Source: a virus | Taxonomy: Duplodnaviria > Heunggongvirae > Uroviricota > Caudoviricetes | IMG/VR virus record: IMGVR_UViG_2667527592_000002 | Strand: one strand, 5' to 3' | DNA: 64,000 bases | Shown here: positions 27,335-36,017 of the stretch, one piece after another | Position numbering within the stretch: the first letter of the stretch is position 1 | Layout of the letters: the number at the start of each line of letters is the position of its first letter | The notes under the pieces: model-generated | Told to the model about the DNA's origin: nothing | The model's database searches: none | What the model saw: the letters and a program-made list of their open reading frames with translations, nothing else | Position numbers and translations under genes: made by a program

Positions 27335-27723
27335 AGCTCACCTGCGCGCTGTTTTTCAAGCACAGATTTAACATTTGGCGCTTTCCCTTTAAAAGAATGG
27401 AAAGTGCCACATTTTTCTGTTTTAACCTCGCGCAGAGCTTCGCCATCGGCGTTCTGCCATTGATGGGATAATGTCATATCACCGCGAGAAGGAACATCCA
27501 GCGAGTACAGCGTGTAAGTTCCCCCCATCTCCGCATACTCCTGGAACACATAGCTCATTACGTCAGATTCAGTTTTTCGGTGTGCGTTATCAACCTTATT
27601 CCCATTCAGAAATATGGCATCTGGATAGATTTTTATATCAAACCGACCGCACTTAACTTGTAAATTTCCGGCGCTCGCGATCAAAGGGAAAGACGCCAGT
27701 AAAGCAATAGCCAATCTTTTCAA
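27331..27723 (-). CDS. secreted protein with signal peptide (130 aa)
   Basis: MKRLAIALLASFPLIASA signal-like N-terminus. Confidence 0.5.
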   Translation of the reverse strand: MKRLAIALLASFPLIASAGNLQVKCGRFDIKIYPDAIFLNGNKVDNAHRKTESDVMSYVFQEYAEMGGTYTLYSLDVPSRGDMTLSHQWQNADGEALREVKTEKCGTFHSFKGKAPNVKSVLEKQRAGEL

Positions 27724-27743
27724 TTCTGCCTCCGCTGCGTAAC

Positions 27744-28367
27744 TTATTGCCCGTATTTTTTACACCATTGCTCTGCCATTTGTTTGGCTAAAGGCCCGGC
27801 TACTGCACTGTATTCTGCTGTTTTACTTTGCACACATGAAGCAGATGGTTTTTTATTTCGCTGCTCGGTTAGTTTGCGCTCATAAGCCATCATGCTATCG
27901 AACCCGGCAATATCACTTTGGCGAAGCATTCCCTTTTTAACCAAAAATTGCTGCCCCTCTGGCACCAACGCAAGCATAAAAAGTGGTTGCAATAACTCAC
28001 CTAATCCTTGCTGGCGATACACTTCGAATTGCTGCCATCCCTGACTTAATCTGGAAAGAGTATCTTTGGTTGAATAACCTGTTTTTGTTATAGCTTTGTC
28101 CGTCAGATATGCTGTATATGCAAAAACGCAAAAGTCAGTTTTACCAATAAACTGAGTTCCAACAGGCCGTAATGGAATGCCCTCCCTCTTGCAAAAGTCC
28201 ATAATTGCCGCTTGTGAATGATCCCCACCAGCGTTATTCATAACCTGCTGCCCTGCCCTGAATTGTGCAGGTAACGCAGTTGCATTGGCAGTATTAACAG
28301 ATACGCATCCCAACATAGCCGCGAGCGCGGCCCCTAAAACCCTTAACTTCACTACACCATCCTTCAT
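27744..28367 (-). CDS. secreted/periplasmic protein with signal peptide (207 aa)
   Basis: Hydrophobic N-terminus ending ANA; ORF track. Confidence 0.5.
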   Translation of the reverse strand: MKDGVVKLRVLGAALAAMLGCVSVNTANATALPAQFRAGQQVMNNAGGDHSQAAIMDFCKREGIPLRPVGTQFIGKTDFCVFAYTAYLTDKAITKTGYSTKDTLSRLSQGWQQFEVYRQQGLGELLQPLFMLALVPEGQQFLVKKGMLRQSDIAGFDSMMAYERKLTEQRNKKPSASCVQSKTAEYSAVAGPLAKQMAEQWCKKYGQ

Positions 28368-28582
28368 GTAAACAAAATGAAGTTTTATGTTATAAAAACA
28401 ATTAACTACATCAACATGATTTAGGCCAAATTTCGGTCAAAAAATAAAATCCACAAAAAGTGGTTGACACTATTTTGGAAATCACAAACTACACATAATC
28501 CATCGCGCTAACGGCTCCCGTTGAAGGTTCTTTTGACGATTAACTTTCAGCCGAAGCGCGGTAGGGAGTCATAACGCCAAAG

Positions 28583-28609
28583 CAGGCCGCCATGTGCGGC
28601 CTTTTTTTG
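28583..28609 (+). terminator. rho-independent terminator-like hairpin directly upstream of a gene
   Basis: GGCCGC-CATGT-GCGGCC followed by TTTTTTT; start codon of next gene 27 nt downstream. Confidence 0.55.
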
Positions 28610-28635
28610 TATCCGTCATCCGTGAAGGAAGGACA

Positions 28636-29289
28636 ATGGAAAAGATCGCAATATTCAGCCTGACCACCAGCAAGCCTCAAATGCTCACTGCAATACTGAA
28701 AGACGGTGCTCTCATTATTAACGAAGTAAAACCCCTTCCCGCGTCAGCATTGGAGCAAAAGCAAAAAATTCCTCCAGCTATAGCAGCCCTGCGGAAAAGC
28801 AAATTTAAGGTACTGGTAGACGAAATTACGCCAACGATCTCCGCTGGCACCGGAGCAAGCCAGGTGACTCTCAAGACCCGTCATGCCGATGGCAGAGCAG
28901 CAATCATCGTCGGGATGGAAAGATACAGAGAGTTAAAACTCCAGAAGCTATTATCCCTGCCGCAAAATAACAAAGGTGCTTTCGAAATCCCCGACTCTAT
29001 CGTTGATACCGAATACAACGGTAACGGAGAAGAAGTCTACAGGGTGAACTGGCAGGATATCAGGCCGGAGCATATTCTGATGATCCTGTGTTGCTACGCG
29101 ACCGTATACCAAAACGTTGCCAGTGCAGATTACGTAGAGCAGATGACCGGGACAGTCGAGAAAGAGCAAAAAACAAGCATACTCGCTTCGTTCCTTTCCA
29201 TTATTGGGCATGAAAAAGTTAAAGCAGGCACCTCCCAGCCAAAGTCACTGGCTGGGAAAGAAGTTGATGAAGATACCGTGATACTTTGA
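28636..29289 (+). CDS. hypothetical protein (217 aa)
   Basis: ATG 28636 after GAAGGAAGG RBS; the track's GTG 28594 start lies inside the terminator hairpin. Confidence 0.55.
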   Translation: MEKIAIFSLTTSKPQMLTAILKDGALIINEVKPLPASALEQKQKIPPAIAALRKSKFKVLVDEITPTISAGTGASQVTLKTRHADGRAAIIVGMERYRELKLQKLLSLPQNNKGAFEIPDSIVDTEYNGNGEEVYRVNWQDIRPEHILMILCCYATVYQNVASADYVEQMTGTVEKEQKTSILASFLSIIGHEKVKAGTSQPKSLAGKEVDEDTVIL

Positions 29290-29424
29290 TCACATTAGTA
29301 GCTTTGTTAACTCCCTCAATACCAGGTAGAAGAGTAACAAAAATATTGACGCGAGTATTTGAGTGGTCAATGAAGCGTTCATAAACAGATCAATTAGCAT
29401 TAATAATTCGAAGATAACATCCAT
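29290..29424 (-). CDS. small hydrophobic protein (44 aa), type-I-toxin-like
   Basis: Hand-translated MDVIFELLMLIDLFMNASLTTQILASIFLLLFYLVLRELTKLLM; GGAG 8 nt upstream; abuts stop of convergent gene. Confidence 0.35.
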   Translation of the reverse strand: MDVIFELLMLIDLFMNASLTTQILASIFLLLFYLVLRELTKLLM

Positions 29425-29617
29425 GTCATTCACTCCGTTTAATTTTTAATCTAATGCCAGCAAAGGAAGCTGGCCCCCGCATAAAGATTAATGAAAGTCA
29501 CTTGTCACCAGTGAGGGGATTTATGAACCACATCCCCCTGAACTGGTGGCCTGTCTGTTTCTCGCATTTCACACCCTGCATACAGTTTCCCCCAGGTTAT
29601 GACTGAGAGGCTTTGTT

Positions 29618-29947
29618 ATGGGCTATAGCAGACTCGACGATAGGTACATTGAAGACGATATTTTTCGTGCGCTGTTTCACCAGGAAATGATTAAGCGGGT
29701 ATCGGAGTATCACTCTGATAATTTCCAGTACACGATAAAGATTGATGAAGTATATCGTTCAGACCTTGCAGCCTACAGGGCGTATGGCAATGCAGATTTG
29801 CGCTGGGTATTCCGGGTGCTGGTGGGCCATGAGTCAGAAATGGAAGAAATGCCCGCCGGGACCACGTTAACTCTTCCTGATGTGGCATGGCTGAGGAACA
29901 AGATCCGTGATTACGCGAGCGCGGAACCGGAGATAGAAAATGCCTGA
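29618..29947 (+). CDS. hypothetical protein (109 aa)
   Basis: ORF track. Confidence 0.45.
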   Translation: MGYSRLDDRYIEDDIFRALFHQEMIKRVSEYHSDNFQYTIKIDEVYRSDLAAYRAYGNADLRWVFRVLVGHESEMEEMPAGTTLTLPDVAWLRNKIRDYASAEPEIENA

Positions 29948-31133
29948 TTTCCTGAAAAACCAGGACGGGCGCTATATCACTGACGGCCTGTCCTCTAAGG
30001 ACTTCACGCGTTTATTCGACCTTATCAGGAAAGAACAAACCCGTAAGCGCCGACAAGCTCACCGGACGCTGACGCCAGGCAGACTTAGGAACAAATCCGC
30101 CGAAGATATTCTCAAGTTAGGGAAGAAAAAAGGCGGCACGTTCTTCACGCGAGACGACCTGAAAGGTTTCGAAAAGCTACGGAGTAAAACGCGCGAAAAA
30201 TATGACAGCAAGACGGCTGGCATCACATACGCCCAGCTGGTGGCATCCAGCCAGGCAATCGATATTAAGCGTGCAAATAACGCCGTGGATGACGGATCTG
30301 GTATCAAAAGAGCTACACCCGTATCTCTTCGCCACAATGTGATTAATATCCGCGTAGAAGCATCGGATATATCCGTCCACCAGCACCATATCGTCCGGAT
30401 ACGCTTTGAAGAATGGGATCAGATGGTTGATGACATCGCAGAAGACGATAAATCAGCTCTCAAAATAACTAAATCACTGTGCGCCGGGCGAGTGTCTTTC
30501 GATTGTGACTGTGGTCGCCATCAATACTGGTATCGCTACATCGCCACTGCGGGTAACTTTGCCCTGGCACCGCCAAAAGAATACGCCTATCCAAAAGTTC
30601 GCAACCCTAAGCTGCAAGGTGTCGCCTGTAAACACGTGATTCACGCAATGACGCGGTTACAGTCCGCCAGTTGGCAAATGAGTATTGCTCGTGCGCTACA
30701 AAAGGCTGCAACGCAAATTGCATTTGGTGACGATCGCCGCCGTACAACCAAACACTTCTCAAAAGAAGACGAGAAGGAGTTTAATCGCAATCGTAGCAGT
30801 AAAACGAACGTTGAAGCCGCCAAACGCGAATGGAGGCTCTATCAGAAGCGCCAGGCAGCTTTAAGTACAAAACTGGCAAAGGACAACGGCAAGATCGACA
30901 AACTACGTGACCAATTGACCAAGGCCAGAAAGTTGTCAGACGCACAGAAAAAACGGGCGGCAGCAAAAGAAGCGGCCTTGCAACGTGAGAAACAGAAAAA
31001 CAAGGAGCTTCAGCAACGCCTTGCCGATCAGTTCGCACTGAAGAAGCAGGCGTTCATTGATGCGCTTGTCATGGCTGGAACACCACCAGCACAAGCTGAA
31101 AAAATGTTCATGGAGTATGTAAAAAAAGCATAA
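29940..31133 (+). CDS. hypothetical protein with SWIM-type zinc-finger-like motif and basic coiled-coil C-terminus
   Basis: FDCDCGRHQ ... ACKHVIHA (CxCx(n)CxH pattern); 397 aa. Confidence 0.5.
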   Translation: MPDFLKNQDGRYITDGLSSKDFTRLFDLIRKEQTRKRRQAHRTLTPGRLRNKSAEDILKLGKKKGGTFFTRDDLKGFEKLRSKTREKYDSKTAGITYAQLVASSQAIDIKRANNAVDDGSGIKRATPVSLRHNVINIRVEASDISVHQHHIVRIRFEEWDQMVDDIAEDDKSALKITKSLCAGRVSFDCDCGRHQYWYRYIATAGNFALAPPKEYAYPKVRNPKLQGVACKHVIHAMTRLQSASWQMSIARALQKAATQIAFGDDRRRTTKHFSKEDEKEFNRNRSSKTNVEAAKREWRLYQKRQAALSTKLAKDNGKIDKLRDQLTKARKLSDAQKKRAAAKEAALQREKQKNKELQQRLADQFALKKQAFIDALVMAGTPPAQAEKMFMEYVKKA

Positions 31134-31142
31134 ACCACACAT

Positions 31143-31176
31143 AGCCTAGCTGCCTAGGCTAGGCTTTCATCTTTTT
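31143..31176 (+). terminator. hairpin AGCCTAGC-TGCCTAG-GCTAGGCT followed by T-rich run
   Basis: 8-bp stem; T-tract overlaps stop codon of convergent AT-rich gene. Confidence 0.5.
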
Positions 31177-31895
31177 GAAAAATCAATTTCCGTTTTATCA
31201 AATAAATTTGAAATATCAGCAACCAATTTATTAAAATCATGATCGCCATTATAAAGCGAAGTCTTCTTTATTGCCATTACAAAATCATATAACTTTTCTG
31301 GGGAGTCAATACCAACCCCTCTACTTTTAAAAAGCTCAATGATAACTCCAACATCATCATATAATAACTTTATTGCCGCTATAATCTCTTTTTGCTGCCT
31401 AAGAAATCTCTCAAGTTCATTTTTATTTTCATCCATAATTCTTTTGTTGAATTGTGTATCATTAATACTTTTTATTATTTCAGTCTCTTTTATTTGCAAC
31501 GCCTTTCTTTTATTTTGATCCATGTCGGCATCCAAATACCTTATCTCTGTATATATTTTACTTGTTAGCTTTGATACGCAAAGAGTGACAATCGGAGCTG
31601 CAATTGATGCAATAATTCCAAAAATAAATGGCAAGCCAAAATGATAAAACCAAGGAGACAAAACGCCTTCATAAACTAGAGGAATCTTACCTCCAACAAA
31701 TGTTACAGATAAAGTATATAGGATATCATCCTTTGACTTCATCAATATTAGTATATCTTTCCAATTAATAATTAAAAAAGAAATGAATATATATGCAAAC
31801 ACTTTATTAAAAAGCTTGTCTTTTATGGCATCTCCAAAAGATACTTTGATTAGATCATTTTCAGTCAATTTTTCTGTTGATGAATCTGTATTCAT
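31167..31895 (-). CDS. AT-rich two-TM membrane protein with cytoplasmic coiled-coil domain (242 aa); candidate exclusion/abortive-infection protein
   Basis: Locus visibly far more AT-rich than flanks; TM segments VFAYIFISFLIINW and FGLPFIFGIIASIAAPIVTLCV; K/E/I/N-rich coiled-coil C-terminus. Confidence 0.6.
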   Translation of the reverse strand: MNTDSSTEKLTENDLIKVSFGDAIKDKLFNKVFAYIFISFLIINWKDILILMKSKDDILYTLSVTFVGGKIPLVYEGVLSPWFYHFGLPFIFGIIASIAAPIVTLCVSKLTSKIYTEIRYLDADMDQNKRKALQIKETEIIKSINDTQFNKRIMDENKNELERFLRQQKEIIAAIKLLYDDVGVIIELFKSRGVGIDSPEKLYDFVMAIKKTSLYNGDHDFNKLVADISNLFDKTEIDFSKR

Positions 31896-31957
31896 ATAAA
31901 CTACCGGGATTACTAATATCTATTTTATGAAAATAGCGGTCATCCAGACCGCCAAAC

Positions 31958-32317
31958 TCAAATACCAACCAAGCTTTCAAGAGGAATGCCAAACTGGGAA
32001 TGTAAACGGCGAATCATAGGTAACGTCAAATTTCGTGTCCCATTTAGCACTTCGTAAACACGATTTGACTTACCAATCGCCGGTTCCAGATCCTTCACGG
32101 TCAGCCCTTGCTGTTCCATACGGAATTTAATGGCCTCAATAGGTGATGGTGGCTCAATTGGGTAATGTTTTTTCTCGTACTCCTCAATGAGAAGACACAT
32201 GACCTCAAAGAAATCACCTTCCGGGGTGTTCATTTCCGGTTCGTTATCGAACATCGGTTCGACCGCACGCAGTGCGGCCTCATAATCTTGTTCTGTACGG
32301 ATAGGTTTAATGTTCAT
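31958..32317 (-). CDS. higA: HigA-family antitoxin (HTH)
   Basis: C-terminal GKSNRVYEVLNGTRNLTLPMIRRLHSQFGIP matches HigA HTH region; downstream of higB. Confidence 0.8.
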   Translation of the reverse strand: MNIKPIRTEQDYEAALRAVEPMFDNEPEMNTPEGDFFEVMCLLIEEYEKKHYPIEPPSPIEAIKFRMEQQGLTVKDLEPAIGKSNRVYEVLNGTRNLTLPMIRRLHSQFGIPLESLVGI

Positions 32318-32320
32318 GAT

Positions 32321-32623
32321 TTACTCCAGTTCTATTGTATCCGCGTCAATGGCATCGTATTCCTTGTGTGTTCCAATAAATTTAACGAACATCCATCCTC
32401 GCTGATAAGCAATTGCGACAATTAACCTGTAATCATTTCCCTTAATATTGAACACCACGCGCCTGTTTTTAAGGATGCTGGCTGTCCGGTACTGTTCTTT
32501 GATCTCAGCCGGATTTTTCCAGTCAGCCTTTGTTGCTTCATCAACCCATGCCTTTAATGGCTGTTCTGCATCGGGATTCTTCGCCCAGAAATCCCTTAGT
32601 GTCTTTACCGAAATTATTTTCAT
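32321..32623 (-). CDS. higB: HigB-family toxin (RelE/ParE fold)
   Basis: FNIKGNDYRLIV ... KFIGTHKEYD parallels E. coli HigB; ATG 32623 after GAAGGA RBS. Confidence 0.8.
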   Translation of the reverse strand: MKIISVKTLRDFWAKNPDAEQPLKAWVDEATKADWKNPAEIKEQYRTASILKNRRVVFNIKGNDYRLIVAIAYQRGWMFVKFIGTHKEYDAIDADTIELE

Positions 32624-32653
32624 CACAGATTCCTTCTTTCTGAAAGTATAGTA

Positions 32654-32699
32654 GTCCCAATATGGGACAATGTAAAGTACTTTAGTCCCATGCTGGGAT
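32654..32699. promoter_or_regulatory. two palindromic operator-like sites in higB promoter
   Basis: TAGTCCCA-ATA-TGGGACA (32654-32668) and TAGTCCCA-TGC-TGGGATA (32685-32699), 31 bp apart. Confidence 0.45.
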
Positions 32700-32726
32700 A
32701 TGAATTGAAATCACAATCTCCAGACA

Positions 32727-33560
32727 ATGCACCCTCGATACCTGATAAATCGACCTTTGAGGATGCTTATGGGCCGTTTTGACGAATGGTTTGCTGACGA
32801 TGCAAACCTGGCAAGTAAGGAGTCAGAACATGACAGCACGCAGAGAGAAACGCCAGCGGCGGTTGAAGCGGATGCAGGAAGCGCGCCGGAACATGGCAAT
32901 GCCGGACCGGATTCATTCAGCATTCTGGAAGAGCAATCCACCGCCGAAGCTGATAGCCATGATAATTTTGCTGATAGCAACGGTGGCCTTACTCCGGACG
33001 CTGGCGAATCAAATATAGCCATACTTCCACCTTCCCTGGCTGGCAGAGAACCGACTCCACAGCTAAAAGCACGCTATAACGGGCATAAAGCCTTTAACGA
33101 CCAAATCCGCGCAGACTGGATGCTGATTATTGAATCCAGCCCAGACGCGTTTCAGGCTCTCTTATATCGACCAGATGTTGGCACATATGGGGTAGTCAGC
33201 GACGAAACAGGAGAAGAGTCATTCACTGAACTGGATAACAACCAACGCGAACTGACTTACCAGGAACCTGAAATCGTTTATGTGCTGGATAACCCGGACG
33301 GGCGTGACTCTTTCCATGCGATTGACGCAGACGGTGAGCAGGATGGCTTAACCGATGATGTTCTGATTCTGCGTATTGCAGCAAATAACGTCCCCGTCGG
33401 ATCAATTCTTGAATGGAATGAAGAGATGGTAAACGGCGTAGCCCGCCGCTGGTTGTACGTGCACCGTATTTTTAGCTACGGCACACAGCATGTTGGTTCG
33501 CTTTACTACTGCATACCGGCCAGGAATTTTGATACGACTCAAAACGGAGTGATCGAATGA
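32727..33560 (+). CDS. hypothetical protein, acidic N-terminus (possible virion protein)
   Basis: ORF track; alternative start ATG 32769 has the better RBS. Confidence 0.45.
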   Translation: MHPRYLINRPLRMLMGRFDEWFADDANLASKESEHDSTQRETPAAVEADAGSAPEHGNAGPDSFSILEEQSTAEADSHDNFADSNGGLTPDAGESNIAILPPSLAGREPTPQLKARYNGHKAFNDQIRADWMLIIESSPDAFQALLYRPDVGTYGVVSDETGEESFTELDNNQRELTYQEPEIVYVLDNPDGRDSFHAIDADGEQDGLTDDVLILRIAANNVPVGSILEWNEEMVNGVARRWLYVHRIFSYGTQHVGSLYYCIPARNFDTTQNGVIE

Positions 33561-34324
33561 CTTCAAATAAAACCCTCCTGGCGCGAACAGGTGAATGGCA
33601 AACCTCACGCACAGGAAAATTCCAGACCACGGGCTTTGAAAGCGTGGATAACGCGTTTGCTACGCTAATCAGCAATATCTTTTCTGATATCTTACTGGTG
33701 GCCCCCGCGCCGGAAGAAAAACGCTTTGCGTCATTCCTGAATCGTCCACCAGCAGAGCGTGTCTATGTGGCCCGTTTCGACAATGCGATCGAGTTTCTTA
33801 AAGCAGTTCGTCGCGCAAATGCCGGGCAAGGGAGAAAACCTGAAAACCAGAACATTAACCGGGATGCTCTCCCCCTGGTCAATATCTCACGCACTATGGA
33901 TATCAATTATATCAACGATGATCAGCAGATTGACCGCAAAAAAGTAGCCAGTTTTTGCGAACCGGATACCGGAATGCCTTTAGCAGAACTGGAATACACC
34001 CAGGCCATTCTGACGTATGACGTTACGTTAATGGCAACTGATAAAGCGACCATGAGTCTGATGTGTAATTCGCTGGGCGCACGGCTTCGCCTGATGACAG
34101 GTACACAATTTGAAGCAACCACTCACCTTGTTCGTGTCCCGGTCCCGCTGATTTGCTCGATACAGGATGCCAAAGAAGTCGGCTTTACGGATGTTTCAGC
34201 ACCAATTGGAGAAGAGCGTATTTATGCCACACAAGCGCCGATAAGTGTGATTGCAGACGTGATCACAGCATGGGAGTTGGACGCAAAACGTATTATTACC
34301 GAAACCTCGATATCTATGGGGTGA
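33557..34324 (+). CDS. hypothetical protein (possible baseplate component)
   Basis: ORF track; ATGA overlap; upstream of spike gene. Confidence 0.45.
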   Translation: MTSNKTLLARTGEWQTSRTGKFQTTGFESVDNAFATLISNIFSDILLVAPAPEEKRFASFLNRPPAERVYVARFDNAIEFLKAVRRANAGQGRKPENQNINRDALPLVNISRTMDINYINDDQQIDRKKVASFCEPDTGMPLAELEYTQAILTYDVTLMATDKATMSLMCNSLGARLRLMTGTQFEATTHLVRVPVPLICSIQDAKEVGFTDVSAPIGEERIYATQAPISVIADVITAWELDAKRIITETSISMG

Positions 34325-34327
34325 TAA

Positions 34328-35308
34328 GTGGCCCAGGAGTTACAACAATATTTTCTACAGTCAGTGCTCATTAACGATAACAAAGTGCCACGAGACTGGA
34401 TTTTTACCGCAGTATATGTAGAAAAAACCAGCCTCAAAGCCCCTTTGCTAAAACTGGAAATTCATGACGCTACCGGCACCGTAATTGATGACTGGAAAGC
34501 CAAATACGGTGCATCGCTGGTGGCTGAAATGGGCGATCCAAACGGTAATGCAGGCACTTTTAAAACAGATTTCTTTGTTACGTCTGCAATGCTGGCTGGT
34601 GATGTTGTTACCGTTATTGCTGTCAGTGAAGACGTGCGCAGGTTTAAGATCCCCTCCCCGCGCACAAATTTACATACCAACAAAACACCAGACGCTATAT
34701 TCAAGGCATATTCCGGCAAGCTTAAAATTACCAGCAGCGTGCTAAAACGCGCAGTTACATATCATCTGAATGCTGGTGACAAACCGTCAAAAATGCTTTC
34801 GGAGATAGCGCGAGACAAAGGTGCATTGTGTTGGGTATGTCGGGGGGAATTTAACTTTTACACCCTGGCTGATCTGATGAAGCAAACGCCATCATTTACC
34901 TACGAGGGGAATAACCCTAAAGCAGAATACACTTTGTCAAAAATGCGCCTACTCCAACAGGAACATGCGTCAACAGCAAAGAATCAATATCGTTTTGTTG
35001 GGTATTCCATGACCGATGGCTACGTCGAATATGGCGATAGCTCACTCCCAGTGCGTTATATATCCGACTCTGATATGGAAACTCTTCGCAATATGCAGCT
35101 GTCTCTCGTCCCCAAAATGGATATAGAAGTCGCAGGCAATCCTGATATAAAACCGGGGATGGTAATAGAGATTATCGTATACCGCTATGACCAGGAAAAC
35201 CGCATTGATGAATCAATGCCCCGTAAGCTGATAGTAAAAAATGTTGCGCACTTTGAGGACCGCGTAGGCTACACAACACGAATGATATTGGGAGTGCCGA
35301 ACAAATGA
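34328..35308 (+). CDS. hypothetical protein (possible baseplate hub component)
   Basis: ORF track; immediately upstream of spike gene. Confidence 0.45.
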   Translation: MAQELQQYFLQSVLINDNKVPRDWIFTAVYVEKTSLKAPLLKLEIHDATGTVIDDWKAKYGASLVAEMGDPNGNAGTFKTDFFVTSAMLAGDVVTVIAVSEDVRRFKIPSPRTNLHTNKTPDAIFKAYSGKLKITSSVLKRAVTYHLNAGDKPSKMLSEIARDKGALCWVCRGEFNFYTLADLMKQTPSFTYEGNNPKAEYTLSKMRLLQQEHASTAKNQYRFVGYSMTDGYVEYGDSSLPVRYISDSDMETLRNMQLSLVPKMDIEVAGNPDIKPGMVIEIIVYRYDQENRIDESMPRKLIVKNVAHFEDRVGYTTRMILGVPNK

Positions 35309-35958
35309 AGCGTAGAGCGCAAATTGTTGGAACTGTGCACCCGGCAGGGCTTATGCGTGCTCAAGTCCGTGTTTTACCTGACTGGAATGGCGTTCCTGAT
35401 GACGATCTCCCATGGGCAGAATACCTGTTACCCATAGGTAACGCGTTTGTACCTACAGTAAAAGGCGACCTAGTATGGGTAGAGTTTCCTTATCTGGATG
35501 TTAATGGTCGAATTGATACCAGACGCCCAATGATAGTTGGCGCGGCTCAGGATGCGCCAGGCGGAATTCCAAACGTTGCACCAGAAGCATCTGGCAAAGG
35601 CAACGGCTGGACGCCGCCGGAAGTAGATGGAGCACCTCCCCGCCCCCAAATCTCAGCAACGAAAGACTTCGTTATTCACCGCAACAATATTCTTGAAGTA
35701 CGAACTGCTGGTGGCGGCTATGAAATTGCCAATACGGCAGCTGGCTCAAGGATTGGCATGAATGAGTCCGGGCAGATATATATCATTGGTCCGGCTGATG
35801 TAATCGTGAATGCAGGAGGGAGTGTTAACGTCAAATCAGCCAACAACATCAATGTTAATGGGGAAAATATAGCTGTCACCGCTAACGGGGACATAGCTTT
35901 CAAGGCAGGAGGAACCTTTCAGGCCACTGCTGGCAACTTCGATTTCAAGAAAGGATAG
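35305..35958 (+). CDS. baseplate spike protein (gpV-like OB domain plus beta-helix repeats)
   Basis: N-terminal VGTVHP ... DLPWAEYLLPIG ... GDLVWVEFPYLD; Gly/Asn/Val-rich C-terminal repeats. Confidence 0.55.
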   Translation: MKRRAQIVGTVHPAGLMRAQVRVLPDWNGVPDDDLPWAEYLLPIGNAFVPTVKGDLVWVEFPYLDVNGRIDTRRPMIVGAAQDAPGGIPNVAPEASGKGNGWTPPEVDGAPPRPQISATKDFVIHRNNILEVRTAGGGYEIANTAAGSRIGMNESGQIYIIGPADVIVNAGGSVNVKSANNINVNGENIAVTANGDIAFKAGGTFQATAGNFDFKKG

Positions 35959-35968
35959 AAAACGCACC

Positions 35969-36010
35969 CATTTGTGTTAGATAATTAACATGCATTTTCT
36001 AACACAAATG
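35969..36010. promoter_or_regulatory. inverted pair of operator-like motifs (13-bp perfect arms CATTTGTGTTAGA / TCTAACACAAATG)
   Basis: Arms 16 bp apart; right arm ends 8 bp before rdgC start. Confidence 0.5.
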
Positions 36011-36017
36011 GTGAGAC

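Noticed and set aside
28594-28635. GTG start at 28594 for the 28636 gene
   Set aside because: The extension begins inside the terminator hairpin and lacks an RBS; ATG 28636 has a strong Shine-Dalgarno sequence.
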